NCBI GenBank assembly: GCA_951406725.2 | Contig: OX597824.1 | Location: forward strand, 81,344,001 to 81,408,000 | From: Octopus vulgaris | Lineage: Eukaryota | Reading direction: 5' to 3' | DNA length: 64,000 bases | Shown: positions 41,967-56,503 of the stretch, piece after piece | How positions within the stretch are numbered: the stretch's first letter is position 1 | Layout: each line of letters starts with the position of its first letter | Program-made: the position numbers and the translations under genes | The notes under the pieces: model-generated | What the model was told of the DNA's origin: nothing | The model's input: the letters and a program-made list of their open reading frames with translations, nothing else | Databases searched by the model: none

Positions 41967-43030
41967 ATGTAGCAGTGGTGCTGCTGCTGCAAGTAGCAGT
42001 AGTAGTATTGCTGTTGCTGTTGGTGGTGGTGGTGGTGGTAGCGGTGATTGTGTCCTTGGCAACGGAGTGTTAATGGTGTTAGTAGGGGCGCAAAAATGTT
42101 GGTAAAAACGATAAAGAGCTGGTAACGGCGTGTCGTGTCGGTGGTGTAGTGACGGCGGTTGCGCTGGTGGTAGTTTTAGTGGTTAATTCTTATGCTGGTA
42201 TTAATGGTTAATGGATTGTATAGTCGTAGTGGTGAGTAGTAGTGGTTGGGTGGTAGTTGCGTTTGTGTTAGTGTTGTGGTGATGATGGTATTAAGGATGG
42301 TTTGAATGTAGTATAGGTGTTGGTTGTGTTGGTGATTAATCGTGGTGCTGGTGTTAATGGTCGGTAACGATTCGGGTGGTAGTGCTGGTGAAAATATTGA
42401 TGGTGACGGTATTGTAGAGGTTGTTGTGTTTGTGGTTGTTGTATAAATTATGGTGGTGGTTGTAGTCGTAGTGGTGGTGGTGGTGGTGGATGTGATGACT
42501 GTGGTGTTGTTGTTGTTGGTGGTGGTTGTTGTGTTGATGACGGTGGTTGTAGTTGTATTAGTACTGGTTGTAGTGGTGGTGTTGTTTGCGCTGGTGGTGC
42601 CAGTATTGGTATTAAAGAGATGGTGGTAGTGTTGGTAGTAGTAATGGTTGTGGCAGTGATGCTGATCGTTGAGGAGGTGGTGGTAGCAGCAATGGTATCG
42701 GTGGTGATAGTGGTGGTGGTAATGGTTGTGGTGGTAGTGGTGGGGCTAGTGGTGTCGGCGGCGGTGACGTTGGTGGTGGTGATGGTGGTGATGGCAGTGG
42801 TAGTGGCGGCGGTAGGATGTATGCTAAAGTGGTGGTGGATGTGGCATTATAGAAAGTTGATGGTGAAGATTGTATTTTTTTTATTGAGGGCAATGGGAGT
42901 CCAATGAAAATGGTGGCGCTCATGATAATATTAATGACGACGACGACGACCTTGATGATGATGATGATGAGGAGGAGGAGGAGGAGGAGGAGGAGGAGGA
43001 GGAGGAGGACGACGACGACGACGACGACGC
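41480..43030. repeat. Degenerate (GGT/GTT/GTA)n low-complexity tract ending in (GAC)(GAT)(GAG) runs
   Basis: Direct reading; source of the poly-Val and poly-Pro ORFs. Confidence 0.9.
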
Positions 43031-43215
43031 TGTGATAGCGACGGTAGCGGGGAAATTTATAATTGTAATGTTGTCGCTGAAATCAAGATCAAACCAGTTC
43101 TGCGATGAAGCACATTGCAGCCATGACCATCTCGTCTGTTCTTCACTTTATTCTTATTTCTTTTTTTTTTTGTCCGGAATAGTCATCTAGGCAGGATTAG
43201 ATCGCAATTTTCATA

Positions 43216-43452
43216 CTCTTTTTACTCTTTTACTTGTTTCAGTCATTTGACTGCGGCCATTCTGGAGCACCGCTTTTAGTCGAGAAAATCGACCCCAGGA
43301 CTTATTATTTGGATAGGCTTCCTTGGAAGCCTAGTACTTATTCTATCGGTCTCTTTTAGCGAACCGCCAAGTTACGGGGACGTAAACACACCAGCATCGG
43401 TTTTCAAGCAATGTTGGGGGACAAACAAAGGCACACAAACATATACACACAC

Positions 43453-43515
<63 letters not shown>

Positions 43516-43680
43516 TACGACGGGCTTCCTTCAGTTTCCGCCTACCATGTCCACTCACAAGACTTTAGTCGGCCCGAGGCTATAGTAGAAGACACCTTCC
43601 CAAGGTGTCACGCAGTGGGACTGAACCCGGAACCATGTGGTTGGTAAGCAAACTACTTACCACACAGCCGCTCCTGCGCC
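43216..43680 (-). mobile_element. SINE family A
   Basis: Full length with a short insertion near 43310. Confidence 0.92.
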
Positions 43681-43774
43681 TATATATACGAATCATGTTT
43701 ATTTTTATTTTACATATAAGAGGATTTAGAGAGATGTGGTTGTGATTTTTAACAGCTTGATCTATCTTTTTGCG

Positions 43775-43960
43775 CAGTGATCAGCAGCCGGTGTGCCACG
43801 GCACATTGGTGTGCCATGAGATAACGCTAGGTATCCTGCAGTGTAACCTCAATATAATTTTCCCATATACTGTTAGTTATATTTTCAATTTAGGTCTGCC
43901 GCCGAATTCTGGAAAGAATATAAGTATAACTCAAATGAAAAAAAAGGTTGCAGAGCTCTG
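43775..43960. mobile_element. hAT/Charlie-like MITE, diverged
   Basis: CAG...CTG termini with 11/15 inverted match; subterminal GGTGTGCCA twice; AAAAAGGTTG before the right end; no TSD seen. Confidence 0.55.
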
Positions 43961-44208
43961 AATTAGGGCAACGTTTTTCAATCTCTTTATCAATGAATGG
44001 GTAAATTGTCGCCATTTTATATTTTTAATTTCGCGCACGCACGTCGTTTATTTTCGATTTTGTCGACTACACAGTACAGTAGGGTCAGTTGGGTACCGTC
44101 TGTGAGAAAAACATCATCATGATGCAATTCAGTCTGCCAGAAATTTGGAGATGACACGCTGTATTGCTTGTCATTCGCGCCGGAAGCTCCAATACGAGGA
44201 GATGGTGA

Positions 44209-44246
<38 letters not shown>

Positions 44247-44693
44247 GAAAACATAGATATATGCATGTGTGTATGTATTTGCGTCTGAGTGTGCATACAT
44301 ACGTGTATGTAATTATTCAGTTTATTTCAAGATTTTTGGCCAATAAAGAACAGTTTCTAACCTAGAATTTCAACATCAACAAGAGTGTATTTTTGTATGT
44401 ATCTATGCATGCAGGTATGTATGTATGTATGTATGTATGTATGTATGTATGTATGTATGTATGTATGTATGTATGTATGTATGTATGTATGTATGTATGT
44501 ATGTATGTATGTATGTATGTATGTATGTATGTATGTATGTATGTGTATATGTATGTGTGTGCATGTATGTACGTACGTGTGTATGTGTATTTGTGTGTAT
44601 GTATGCATTTTTGTTTGTATGTATTCATGTATGTATGTATCGATCTATCTATCCATCTATCTGTTTATAATACATATGTATACTGACATACAC

Positions 44694-44729
<36 letters not shown>

Positions 44730-45170
44730 GTTTGTGTGCGTGTGTGTGAGTATATATATATGTATGCATCCATATAATACACATGTATTCATAAACGCAT
44801 AAACTTATAAGGTTGAACAGCATTTGCATGTAGAGTAATTACAGGAACAATTATTTGCTGATTTGATTGATAGTTGAAATAAGAGAACATAGGAAAACCG
44901 AATTGTAACGTAATCCACATCGGGACCGTTTGTTCTGATGTGTCTATCATTTTATATTCCGACGGAAGAAAGCTTATCAGAAAAAGATTATAGACCTTTT
45001 TCCATAGATATTTCTTGGCTGAATTTCAGAATTCTGACTTGGCAAAATACCAACATTCGGTGAATTCTTTATGTGTGATCAACAGTGAAAAATTACATCT
45101 GTCGTTTGTCTCCCTTGGTAAAAGAGCTCTTTTGAAAAGTTTAAACAATTATTTATTCATGTTTATGTCG

Positions 45171-45250
<80 letters not shown>

Positions 45251-45260
45251 CATTCTTCTT

Positions 45261-45374
<114 letters not shown>

Positions 45375-45655
45375 GGAGAATCATCGGAGAATGTCTTGTG
45401 GTATTTGTGGCACTCTTTTATTTTTATGCTCTGGGTTCAAATGCTGTTTACGTCGGCTTTGCGTTTCATCCTTTCACGAACGGTAAAATAAAATGTCAGT
45501 CAAAATTCTGATGTCACTGTAATCGACTGACTTATTCCTTTCTTCTCAAAATTATAGGCCGTGTGTTTCTTGTATAATGGTTAGCACGCTGGAGAAAATG
45601 CTTCACAACATTTCGACAGTCTTTGCATTTTGAGTTCAAATTCCGCTGTGGTCGA

Positions 45656-45791
45656 CTAAAGGATACTTCGACCGCGAGACCTCTGCCCTAACCACTAAGC
45701 CATTGCGCCTCCACACGCCTAGTTGTATAGACATATGATAACACCAAGTGTATGTACCTACAACCCGGGGGAAATGAATAGATACGTATAT
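45656..45791 (+). repeat. 136-bp exact duplicate of 46147-46282
   Basis: CTAAAGGATACTTCGACC...AATAGATACGTATAT identical at offset 491. Confidence 0.92.
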
Positions 45792-46607
45792 AAAATAGAT
45801 ACGTCAATAAAATAAATACCAGTTGTACACTGGAGTCGATGTAATCGAATAGCACCCCCTGTCCCAAAATAATAATTATGGTTTCAGATTTAGGCATAAG
45901 GTCAACAATTCGACCCCAGTACTTGACTGTTACTTATTGTATCGACGCCAAAAGGAGGGTATCAAAATCAGTTTCGGCGGAATTTGAGCTCAGAACGTAA
46001 AGACAAAAGAAAGGTCACTATGCATTTTGTTCACCACGTGGAAATTTATCTTTTCTTCTATAGGCATAAGACCTGAAATTTTGTGGGGAGGGAACTACTT
46101 GATTATATCGACCCCAGTACTTGACTGATATTTATTTTATCGACTCCTAAAGGATACTTCGACCGCGAGACCTCTGCCCTAACCACTAAGCCATTGCGCC
46201 TCCACACGCCTAGTTGTATAGACATATGATAACACCAAGTGTATGTACCTACAACCCGGGGGAAATGAATAGATACGTATATTAGCCTAATGATATGACT
46301 AGCGCAGACCAGAATGAATTTCCGCTTCATCATGTACCCATATGTATATAATTTTACTTTGCTAGGACTTTATGTATTGTATCTCAGAGATGCAAGTATA
46401 GCAATATTGTATTGCGCAAAATTCCGTGTGACAAGACTTGCTTTAGCAAAGCGCGAATGAAGGGGTCTTTACGATGCCCGCTCAAAGTCAATTGAAACAT
46501 CTAGTAACCAATTTCGGAAAAAAAAATATTGACTTTTTTGCTATTCTTGAGGATGGTCATCCTTCGCTAATTAAAAATATGAATTATTTGATCTCCAATT
46601 TAGCTTT

Positions 46608-46678
<71 letters not shown>

Positions 46679-46695
46679 TATTATTATTATTATTA

Positions 46696-48886
46696 TGCAG
46701 TAGTTTTATTTTTATAGCGTGCTTTCACTTCACTACCGAGCGCAGCTCTGTGTGCCTTGGGTATGTGCTGTGATTTGTTGTGATGCTCTGATGGTTATTG
46801 TATGGAAAGTGTTCTGCGTAGGATGTGTGCAGTGCCTAGTAGTGCAATTTTCTGTATGTTATATGTGTTTGTAAGTCCTGGTGTTTTTGTTATGTATTTG
46901 TCTGAATATTTTTTTATCATGCCTAATGCACCTACTATGATAGGAATTGTTTCTGTTTTCAGATTCCACATTCTAGTTACCTCTATTTCCAGGTCTTTGT
47001 ATTTTGAGAGTTTCTCCATTTCTTTTAGAGACACGTTGTCATCAGCCGGTATTGATACATCAATTAAAAAGCATTTTTTTCTTCATGATCTCTGACAACT
47101 ATATCCGGCCTGTTGGCCTTAATTTCTCTATCTGTGTGTATCGGCATATCCCAGAGTATGGTTGCTTTCTTGTTTTTTGTGACCTTTTCTGGTGTGTGCC
47201 TATACCATCTTTTTTCTGTTGTTATTCCATAATGTTGGCATAGCTTCCAATGTATGTAGGTTCCAACTCTGTCATGTCTGTGAATATATTCCTTCTTAGC
47301 CAGGACTGGGCAGCTAGAGATAATATGATTTATTGTTTCTTGTCCATCTCCACATATTCTGCAGTTACTTGTAATATTTCTTTTCATTACATGTTTTTGG
47401 TAATTTCTGGTGGGGAGCTTTGGTCTTGTGCTGCAATTAAAAATCCCTCTGTTTCTGCTTTGAGTCCTGAGCTTCTCAACCATTGCTGGGATTTTTCATT
47501 GTCTATTTCTTTTGCGTTTAGTTTAGTCCAGTATTTACCATGAAGGGGCTTTTCTTGCCATCGTTTTATCATGGTTCGTTGCTGTTCTATTTTTAGTTTG
47601 GATTTCATTTGTTTTATAGCTTTTGTTGTTTCTTCATCTTCTTCTTCTTCTTCATATTTATTAGGTGGTATGATTTCTTGTTTGTATTTGTCAGCTTCCT
47701 TAAATACTGAGAACAGTTTTTTGTTTTGCTCGTGTTTTGCCGCTATTTGTATCAGTTTTCCTTCCTTCTGAAGTAGATATTTTTGCGGTCCTATGGTGGT
47801 TATTTTATAGTAGTTTTCCAGTTGTATAATGCCTCTACCACCTTCTATACGTTGTATATATAGTCTTTCTATGTCAGATGTTGGGTGATGCATCCTAGAT
47901 CCTGTCATTATTTTTCTTGTTTTTCTATCTATTTTGGCCAGTTCATATCGTGTCCAGTTAAGGATATTGTAGCTGTAACTTATAACTGGGACAGCTAAAG
48001 TGTTAATACCTATTATCTTGTTTTTAGCATTGAGCTCTGTTTTTAGTATTGATCTAACTCGTCTATAATATTCTTTTTTTATTTTCTCTTTCATTTGTGT
48101 GTGTTGTGTCTTATCTAGTTCATGGATTCCTAAGTATTTGTAAGTTTGGCTATGGTCTAATTCTTTTATTTCATTGGTTTTATCTAGTGTGATGTTGCTA
48201 CTCTTGACTAGTTTTCCTCTTTTCATGGTTACTTTGGAGCATTTTTCTAATCCAAATTTCATATATATTTCTTTGGTAAATCCATGAACTGTCTTTAATA
48301 GAGTTTCCAGCTGTTTGTCATTTGCAGCGTATAGTTTTAGGTCATCCATATATAAAAGGTGGCTGATCGTTTTGCCGTAACATTTATATCCGCATCCAGT
48401 TCTATTTAGTATATCAGATAGAGGTGACAGTGCCAAGCAGAACAGGAGTGGAGAGAGCGTGTCTCCCTGGAATATTCCTCTTCTAATGGGGATGTCTTTG
48501 GTTTTCATGAGTCCCTCTTTTGTTTGGAGGTGTAGGACTGTTTGCCATTTATTCATAGAGTGCTCTATGAATTTTATGATTGTTGGTGCTACTTTGTTTA
48601 TGGCTAGTGTTTCGAGGATCCATGTTTGGGGGATGCTATCAAACGCCTTTTTGTAGTCAATCCAGGCCATACTGAGTCCTTTCTTCTTCCTGTGGCTGTC
48701 TTCAGTTATGGCTTTATTAATCATTAGTTGATCTTTACAGCCATATGAGCCTTTGCGGCATCCTTTCTGCTCTTCTGGGAACAGTTTGTTTTCGTCCAGG
48801 TGCTTGTTCAACCTTTGCGATATCACTGCAGTAAATGCCTTGAACATTGTAGGGAGGCAGGTTATTGGTCTGTAGTTTTCAGTTTC
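46696..48886 (-). mobile_element. 5'-truncated R4/Dong-clade non-LTR retrotransposon
   Basis: Starts at NYRPITCLPT; RT motifs, CRIC...HIISSC finger, RPDIVV...EKLSKYKDL endonuclease; about 100-nt 3'UTR, then (TAA)n; ATT/ATC repeats on both flanks. Confidence 0.95.
46795..48847 (-). pseudogene. Reverse transcriptase / CCHC / restriction-like endonuclease ORF with two frameshifts
   Basis: IDYKKAFDS, IFQGDTLSPLLF, LYMDDLKL, YKYLG; frame changes near 47410 and 47070. Confidence 0.93.
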
Positions 48887-49025
48887 ATTATCATCATTAT
48901 TATTTCTATTATTTTCATTATTATTATCATTTTTATTATCATTTTTATTATTATTATTATTATTATTATCATCATCATCATCATCATTATTATTATTAAT
49001 ATTATTATTATTATTGTTATTATTA

Positions 49026-49080
<55 letters not shown>

Positions 49081-49133
49081 CATCATTATTATTATTATTT
49101 TCGTCATTATTATTATTATCATCATCATCATCG

Positions 49134-49179
<46 letters not shown>

Positions 49180-50124
49180 TATTATTATTATTATTATTGT
49201 TATTATTATTTTAGTTTCTCTGTCAAAGTCCTTTTGTCATACACTCTGTGACCTCCTCAATAACATTCTGTCCCATGTGTTTCCACTTTGGCTTTCTTTG
49301 GTATTCTGATTTTTCCAACGTAGTAAAATCTATGGAACTATCTGCCTAATTGCCGGAATTAAAACAAGTACATAAATCAGACTGAAACAGTAAGATTCAA
49401 ATGTGTTTAATATACTTATATCACAATACATGGATCAATACAATACAAGAACGAGTTTTAAGGGTTCTGGTAATAGCATGAACCCCGTTGCGTAGATTCC
49501 TTCGGGTGCAATGTGGCCGGTTTGGGAGAGCCAAAGAGACAAAACACGAACGACACATGCTAAGAACTTGGTCACTCAACGTCTGTGTCCTATGCAGGTG
49601 CAGAAACACGGATGGTGAGACTCACACTGCAGGGCAGAAGGCGAGGCTATTATACTTGGAGAAACATCTTATGTGTATGTATGTGTGTAAATGTGTGAGC
49701 GCACAGGTGTGTGTATGTGTATGCATATATGCGTATGTATATATGGTCACATATATACATAACATTCATATATAACATTCTTTCGTTTCCTTCATGATGT
49801 TATAAATAGAGTCTCTCAGCTTCAAACAGCCCCAAGCCTAATCAATGTCCCAGGAAACCTAGAATGAGAGTGTGGTGTGTTATGTAAGTATCTAAGGCTG
49901 ACTATATCCAGAAAAGTGGCTGTATGGATATATATATATATATATATATATATGTTTTGAAATTCCCTTAATTTTATTACTAAATCGCAATATATGTGAC
50001 TGTGCGTGCACATACGTGTATACATATATGTACATATATACGTATGTCAATATATGTATAAATACACACATCATATATATATATATATACACACATATAT
50101 ATATGTATATATATAAATACATAT

Positions 50125-50169
<45 letters not shown>

Positions 50170-50306
50170 TACATATACACATAAACGTACTTATATATAT
50201 GCATATGTAAACACACACATATATGTATGTACATAATAGATATACGTATATCTGTATATCCTATATATGCGTGTGTGTCTGTGTAATATGTGTGTCTGTG
50301 TGTGTG

Positions 50307-50340
<34 letters not shown>

Positions 50341-50434
50341 TGCATATATATATGTATATATATATGTATATATGTATATATGTGTGTGTGTGTCTGTGTA
50401 TATATATATATATGCATATATGCATATATATATA

Positions 50435-50472
<38 letters not shown>

Positions 50473-51495
50473 CCTACATATATATAAAGTATATCTATAC
50501 ACATATAAAGTATGTCTACCGCCTTCCTATTACTGTATATCATATTGTCTACACATGTATAGTATTTACATTTCCTGTTATTCTCTTCTTTCCAGACTGT
50601 ATTGACTTGTTAAGCGACTGACGTCAGATGAATAATTTTGCCACTACTCTCTGCACCACCACCGCCACCACTACCACCTTCACTGCCGCCGCCACAACCA
50701 CCATCACCATTATCGCCTCTAGGAACTTCAAGCGCTTTCACCACCAGCCAACGGACTGTCACGCCGCCCGTTTTAAAACCCAACGTTTGCTGACGCTGAC
50801 CAATAGATGAACGGACGGTCTGGAGCCGCTGGACATAGCATCCTTATACATATGTAATGCTGGGTGTTACGAGACAAGGAAAAACAATTAGAATATGAAG
50901 AGAACAAAGAAGAAAATGTATAATTAAAACGTCAGCACGACTGAACAACACAATATATTATTAATTACTTATATAAGGGCGGCAAGATGTAGAATCGGTG
51001 AAGTGTTAGACTCGATACCTTCCTTGCGGTATTAGTAAATGTCCGTTTACTCTCTGAGTTGAGATCTTAACCGGCTCGAATTTACATTTCATCTTCAGAA
51101 AATCGATAGGGTATGTACTGAGTCAGTATACTCCGCTACTATTCTCAAACGAAAGGAAATAAGTAATAAAAAAAAAGTGTTTAAGTGTTTTAATTATATA
51201 AGGGAGGGTAATTGACTTATATTATTTTCTTATTTATGTTTATGTCGGAGTTTTAAGCCTGCCAATTCTGATATTTTGTTTTCTTTTATATTCCATCATG
51301 AATTAAATATGAATTCAATAAATGTTCATGAATCCTCCATCGGCTTGGCCGTCAAGCGTTCGATCAACGAAACGCTCTAAACATTGAATCACTGGGGTGC
51401 CGCATGTCTTCGAGTATAACTCAATCTTTGGCACACTACAACCCCCATTTTTTTCGTAACAGGAAATTAGTATTACATAAAATCTTCTTAATATA

Positions 51496-51729
51496 TATTT
51501 CTTTACTACCCACAAGGGGCTAAACACAGAGAGGACAAACAAGGACAGACAAAAGGATTAAGTCGATTACATCGACCCCAGTGCGCAACTGGTACTTAAT
51601 TTATCGACCCCGAAGGGATGAAAGGCAAATTCGACCTCGGCGGAATTTGAACTCAGAACGTAACGGCAGACGAAATACGGCCACGCATTTTGCCCGGAGT
51701 GCTAACGTTTCTGCCAGCTCGCCGCCTTG
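51496..51729 (-). mobile_element. SINE family B, full-length monomer
   Basis: TSD AATCTTCTTAATATA at 51481 and 51730, repeated again at 51748. Confidence 0.93.
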
Positions 51730-52010
51730 AATCTTCTTAATATAATAAATCTTCTTAATATAATGTAGTCTTTTAGCGCAGGCGTAGCTGGGTGGTAAGA
51801 AGATTTGGTAGGGTTTTCGTCAGAAAGACAGACGAAATTCCGCTTAAGCTTTTCGCTCGGAGTGCTAACTTTTTTACCAGCTCGCCGCATTGCTTCGTTT
51901 GCAATAGCCCGATGATAATTGTACCTATGTCATAAAATCGTAACCACTTGAAACATATGTAATAAATGCATTCGAAACATCAAGAATATGTTTGTGATAA
52001 TTCCCCCTAA

Positions 52011-52274
52011 CGTTGAGGCGATTGGCTTAGTGGTTAGGGTGTCAGCATTATGATCGTAAGATTGTGGTTTTGATTCCTGGACCAGGCGGCGCGTTGTGTT
52101 CTTGAGCAAAACACTTCATTTCACGTTGCTCCAGTCCACTCAGCTGGCAAAAATGAGTAACGCTGCGATGGACTGGCGTCCCGTCCAGCTGGGAACACAT
52201 ACGCCATGGAAACGGGAAACCGAGCCCATGAGGCTAGGTATGCTGTAAAAGGGCGCATTTACTATTTTTTTTAT
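52011..52274 (+). mobile_element. SINE family D, full length
   Basis: 13-bp TSD TAATTCCCCCTAA at 51998 and 52275; A/B boxes; T-rich tail. Confidence 0.92.
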
Positions 52275-53148
52275 TAATTCCCCCTAATAACACATGGCTC
52301 ATATTGTGTTTGTATCAAAGTGGGAAATAATTTATAAATTATACTGCATAAAGGCATACTATACATCGTGTGATTTCAATGGAAATCTTAAAAACAGAGA
52401 AGTTGAACTGAGTATAAACCTAGGTGCAATGAGAGGTACTGATGAGCATTAAAATGAGAAAACATCGATGATCTTGCTATGTCCGCTGCTGCTGAGAGCT
52501 TGCCTTCTTTGTCAGTCATTAAGATAGTGTTATCCGTGGCTATTGAGTTGTTTTGACTCTTATTTCTAGCAATACTACTGGTGATTAGAGCCCTTTGTCA
52601 TTTTAATGATATCTATATCTATATCTTTTTGCGCCTTAAAAGACTCTCCCCGGACTCAACAGAATATGCTTCAACACACGAACTCACATAAAGAATCTTG
52701 CAAACCAAATCCAAAATCGAAATATATCTATATATATGAATGCGTGTGTATGCGTGCATGCTGGCGTGTGCGCGAGTGTGTTTTTGTGAGTGGAGAGAGG
52801 GAGAGAGAGATATAGATAGACAGAGACAGAGACAGAAAAATTATGGATACATTAAAGATCATACGATTTAAATTCTTGATTTATTAAAAAATATTCTTCG
52901 TCTCTGGAGAATCTACTATAATAATACTCTTGTGATTTTCTCCGTCAGAACATATGAATGAGAAAGGAAGGGATGCTAGATGAATAAGGAAGGAAGGGGT
53001 GATGGCAAACTTGGTAGTGGGATGGTGAACATTCAACGCTGAAAAAAGAAAACTCAGACAACGTTTTTCAACTGTGTGTGAGCATATGTGCGTATGTGTG
53101 TGCATGTGCAAGGGAAGTATGTGAATGTATGTGAACATTGACATATAT

Positions 53149-53562
53149 AGGCGCAGGAGTGGCTGTGTGGTAAGTAGCTTGCTTACCAACCACATGGTTC
53201 CGGGTTCAGTCCCACTACGTGGCACATTGGACAAGTGTCTTCTACTATAGCCTCGGGCCGACCAAAGCCTTGTGAGTGGATTTAGTAGAAGGAAACTGAA
53301 AGAAGCCTGTCGTGTATATGTATATATATATATATATGTGTGTGTTTGTGTGTCTGTGTTTGTCCTCCCCAAATCGCTTGACAACCGATGCTGGTGTGTT
53401 CATGTCCCCGTAACTTAGCGTTTCGGCAAAAGAGACCGATAGAATAAGTACTAGGTTTCTAAAGAATAAGTCCTGGGGTCGATTTGTTCTACTAAAGGCG
53501 GTGCTCCAGCATGGCCGCAGTCAAATGACTGAAACAAGTAAAAGAGAAAAGAGTAAAAGAGA
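53149..53562 (+). mobile_element. SINE family A, full length
   Basis: GGCGCAGGAGTGGCTGTGTGGTAAG head through AAAGAG tail. Confidence 0.93.
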
Positions 53563-53764
53563 ATGTGTTTGAATTTGATTTACCATCCATATTTATATAT
53601 ATAAAATACTACGATCAACCGCCATTTTTTCACGGCACAGAGCCAGTTAGTATGTCGTAATTACTAAATTGGAATTAAGACGAGCCTCACCTGAGAAAGG
53701 GATATAACATAAAAAGAATTATATTTCTTCTGTCTGTCTATCTAATAATCCATTTACACATCTA

Positions 53765-53819
<55 letters not shown>

Positions 53820-53984
53820 TTCTCTTCCCACCTCTCCCTTATTTTTAATCTTCTATACAAATGAAAATATTTCCTTTACCTGTCGGCTTTTCTTTCTACG
53901 AAACGAGAAGTTACATCGCGGATCTGTTAATATAAAGAGTTGTACTTATTTATCATCCCACGAGATACATCTACAACGCCAGAT

Positions 53985-54218
53985 ACTCCTGAAACAGTTG
54001 TTGAGTGTCCCACCCATGAAGAATCGATGTCGAAACAATTGTCGTGATTAATAATAAATTCTCGTATATTCCATCTTCCGTCTTTCATTTGCCTTATACG
54101 AGAGTGTTAGGTATCCAAAGGAACCACAAGACAGGTAGGGATAGTTCATTATGTTTAACTGTCTTATATTGTCTCTGATGCTGGGATATCCTTTAGATCA
54201 CTGAAACTGCTGTAAGAC
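53985..54218 (+). ncRNA. Cluster of degenerate hammerhead motifs
   Basis: GTCT-CTGATGc...GAAAC-TGCT-GTA-AGAC (54171-54218); aTGAAGA...GAAAC-AATT-GTC-GTG (54011-54046); GAAAC-AGTT-GTT near 53992. Confidence 0.5.
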
Positions 54219-54320
54219 TGTCTCTCTCTTTATAACCGTCCCAGAAATCTCACTCTGCCGTGATTTTGTTGTCTCATTTTATTCAGCACATATACATACA
54301 TACATACATACATACATACA

Positions 54321-54402
<82 letters not shown>

Positions 54403-54791
54403 TAAATTAGAGACAAAGCCACTATTAGGCAAATCAAACAATGAAAGACTTAAGCCAATACATATGATTAATTTATATTATTTAAATATGTAACAATTAT
54501 TAAAAATATAATTAATATCCACTACGATCGTTTCCTGTCTGCTGTCTTTAAATTTTTGAGTCGCATATACACATATACATATATATACATATATATTTAA
54601 ATTATATATATGTGTGTATATGTGCGAGTGTAATATAAAATTCGTTTACATGTAGAGGTTAAAATAACAGTCTTAAAGATAGGAGTACCCATTATACTAC
54701 CTCTATATTACCTATGTTTGCCCATGACAGACATGTTTTCTTTCTTTCTTTCTTTCTGTCTTTATATATATGTAAATAAATATTATATGTA

Positions 54792-54867
<76 letters not shown>

Positions 54868-55629
54868 GTAATTATATGCATATATATCTTTCGCTCTGTC
54901 TTTAAATGTATATAAATATACAAATTTACATATACATACGTACATACACACACACACATATATAAAAATATGTATGTATATATATATATGTATATGTACA
55001 TGTTAGTATGTATGTATAGCAAGATATATGTGCGTATGTGTGTGTGTATGTGTAAGGCGTGTCGCTGTCTGTGTCGGCGTCTGTAATTTGTGTCGAGTTG
55101 TTTTCTGTTAGATCAAGAGCGTAACTTAACGATTCGATGAATAGAGGTCGATAAAATATGTACCAGACAGAACTAAATACCGGGGTCGATAATATCGACT
55201 AAAATGTCTGAAAGGCTGACCCAGCATGGCTGCAGTCCGTCATACTCCAATGATTGAGATCGATATTAATGTAAAAGTATAATTATATGCAATATGTATG
55301 TACGTATGCAAGCATGTATGTGTGTATTTGTGTGTATGTATATATGTATGTATTTAGTTAGGTATGTATGTACGCGTTACTGTGGGGTTATGGTGGTGGT
55401 GCACCCATGCCTCTGTGTATGTGTGTTAAGTTTAGGTTATTCTTTAAAGAAATATCGAGACTAAGAACGAAGCGTTTACTGATGGGATAAGACAGCACTA
55501 AATATTTAATTAAAATTGATATAAAATTCGTTTACATATAGAGGTTAAAATAACAGTCCAAGGCATAGAAGTATCCATTACCCTACCGGTAAATTACCTA
55601 CGTTCAACCATGGGCATACATATGTTTTC

Positions 55630-55681
<52 letters not shown>

Positions 55682-55683
55682 CG

Positions 55684-55761
<78 letters not shown>

Positions 55762-55931
55762 TATACATATATGCATATTCAAACGTATGTGTATACTTAT
55801 ATATACGTATGTATGTTCATATAACTTCTAATACATTCATATATTATATACATTTGTAGTATGATATATATATATAACATATATACACATAAATATGCAT
55901 GTATCTTTGTGTGTATATATATATGAGTGTG

Positions 55932-55995
<64 letters not shown>

Positions 55996-56430
55996 CGCAT
56001 ATACATATATAAATGTATATATATATATATATGTGTATAAATAAATATATATGAATATAAATATGTGTGTGTATATATATATATGTATGAACGCCTTTCG
56101 ATGTATATAGATGCATATATATATATAAATATGTATGTCTGTATGTACGTGAGTGTGCGTAGGCATGTGTGATACTATCTCACACATTGATACATTGACA
56201 CATATACACACATTGTATCGCTTATTCGATTTAGAATAAGTATTGCTTCGTCTCATCAAAATTCTCCAACTCGTACTTTTTTTCTGTTACAATCATTCTT
56301 CATTGTTGTATTCTCAAATTCTTCATTAACATTATTTTACCAAACTCTCCTTCTTTCTCCGAAGCTTTTGTATACCGTAAGGCTTTTCCTATCGTGCTCT
56401 CCATCATTCTCCATGTAATTCTACCCCCAC

Positions 56431-56503
<73 letters not shown>

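Noticed and set aside
49520-49650. Possible LINE apurinic endonuclease N-terminus (WSLNV...QKHGW)
   Set aside because: Too short and degenerate to support without a search
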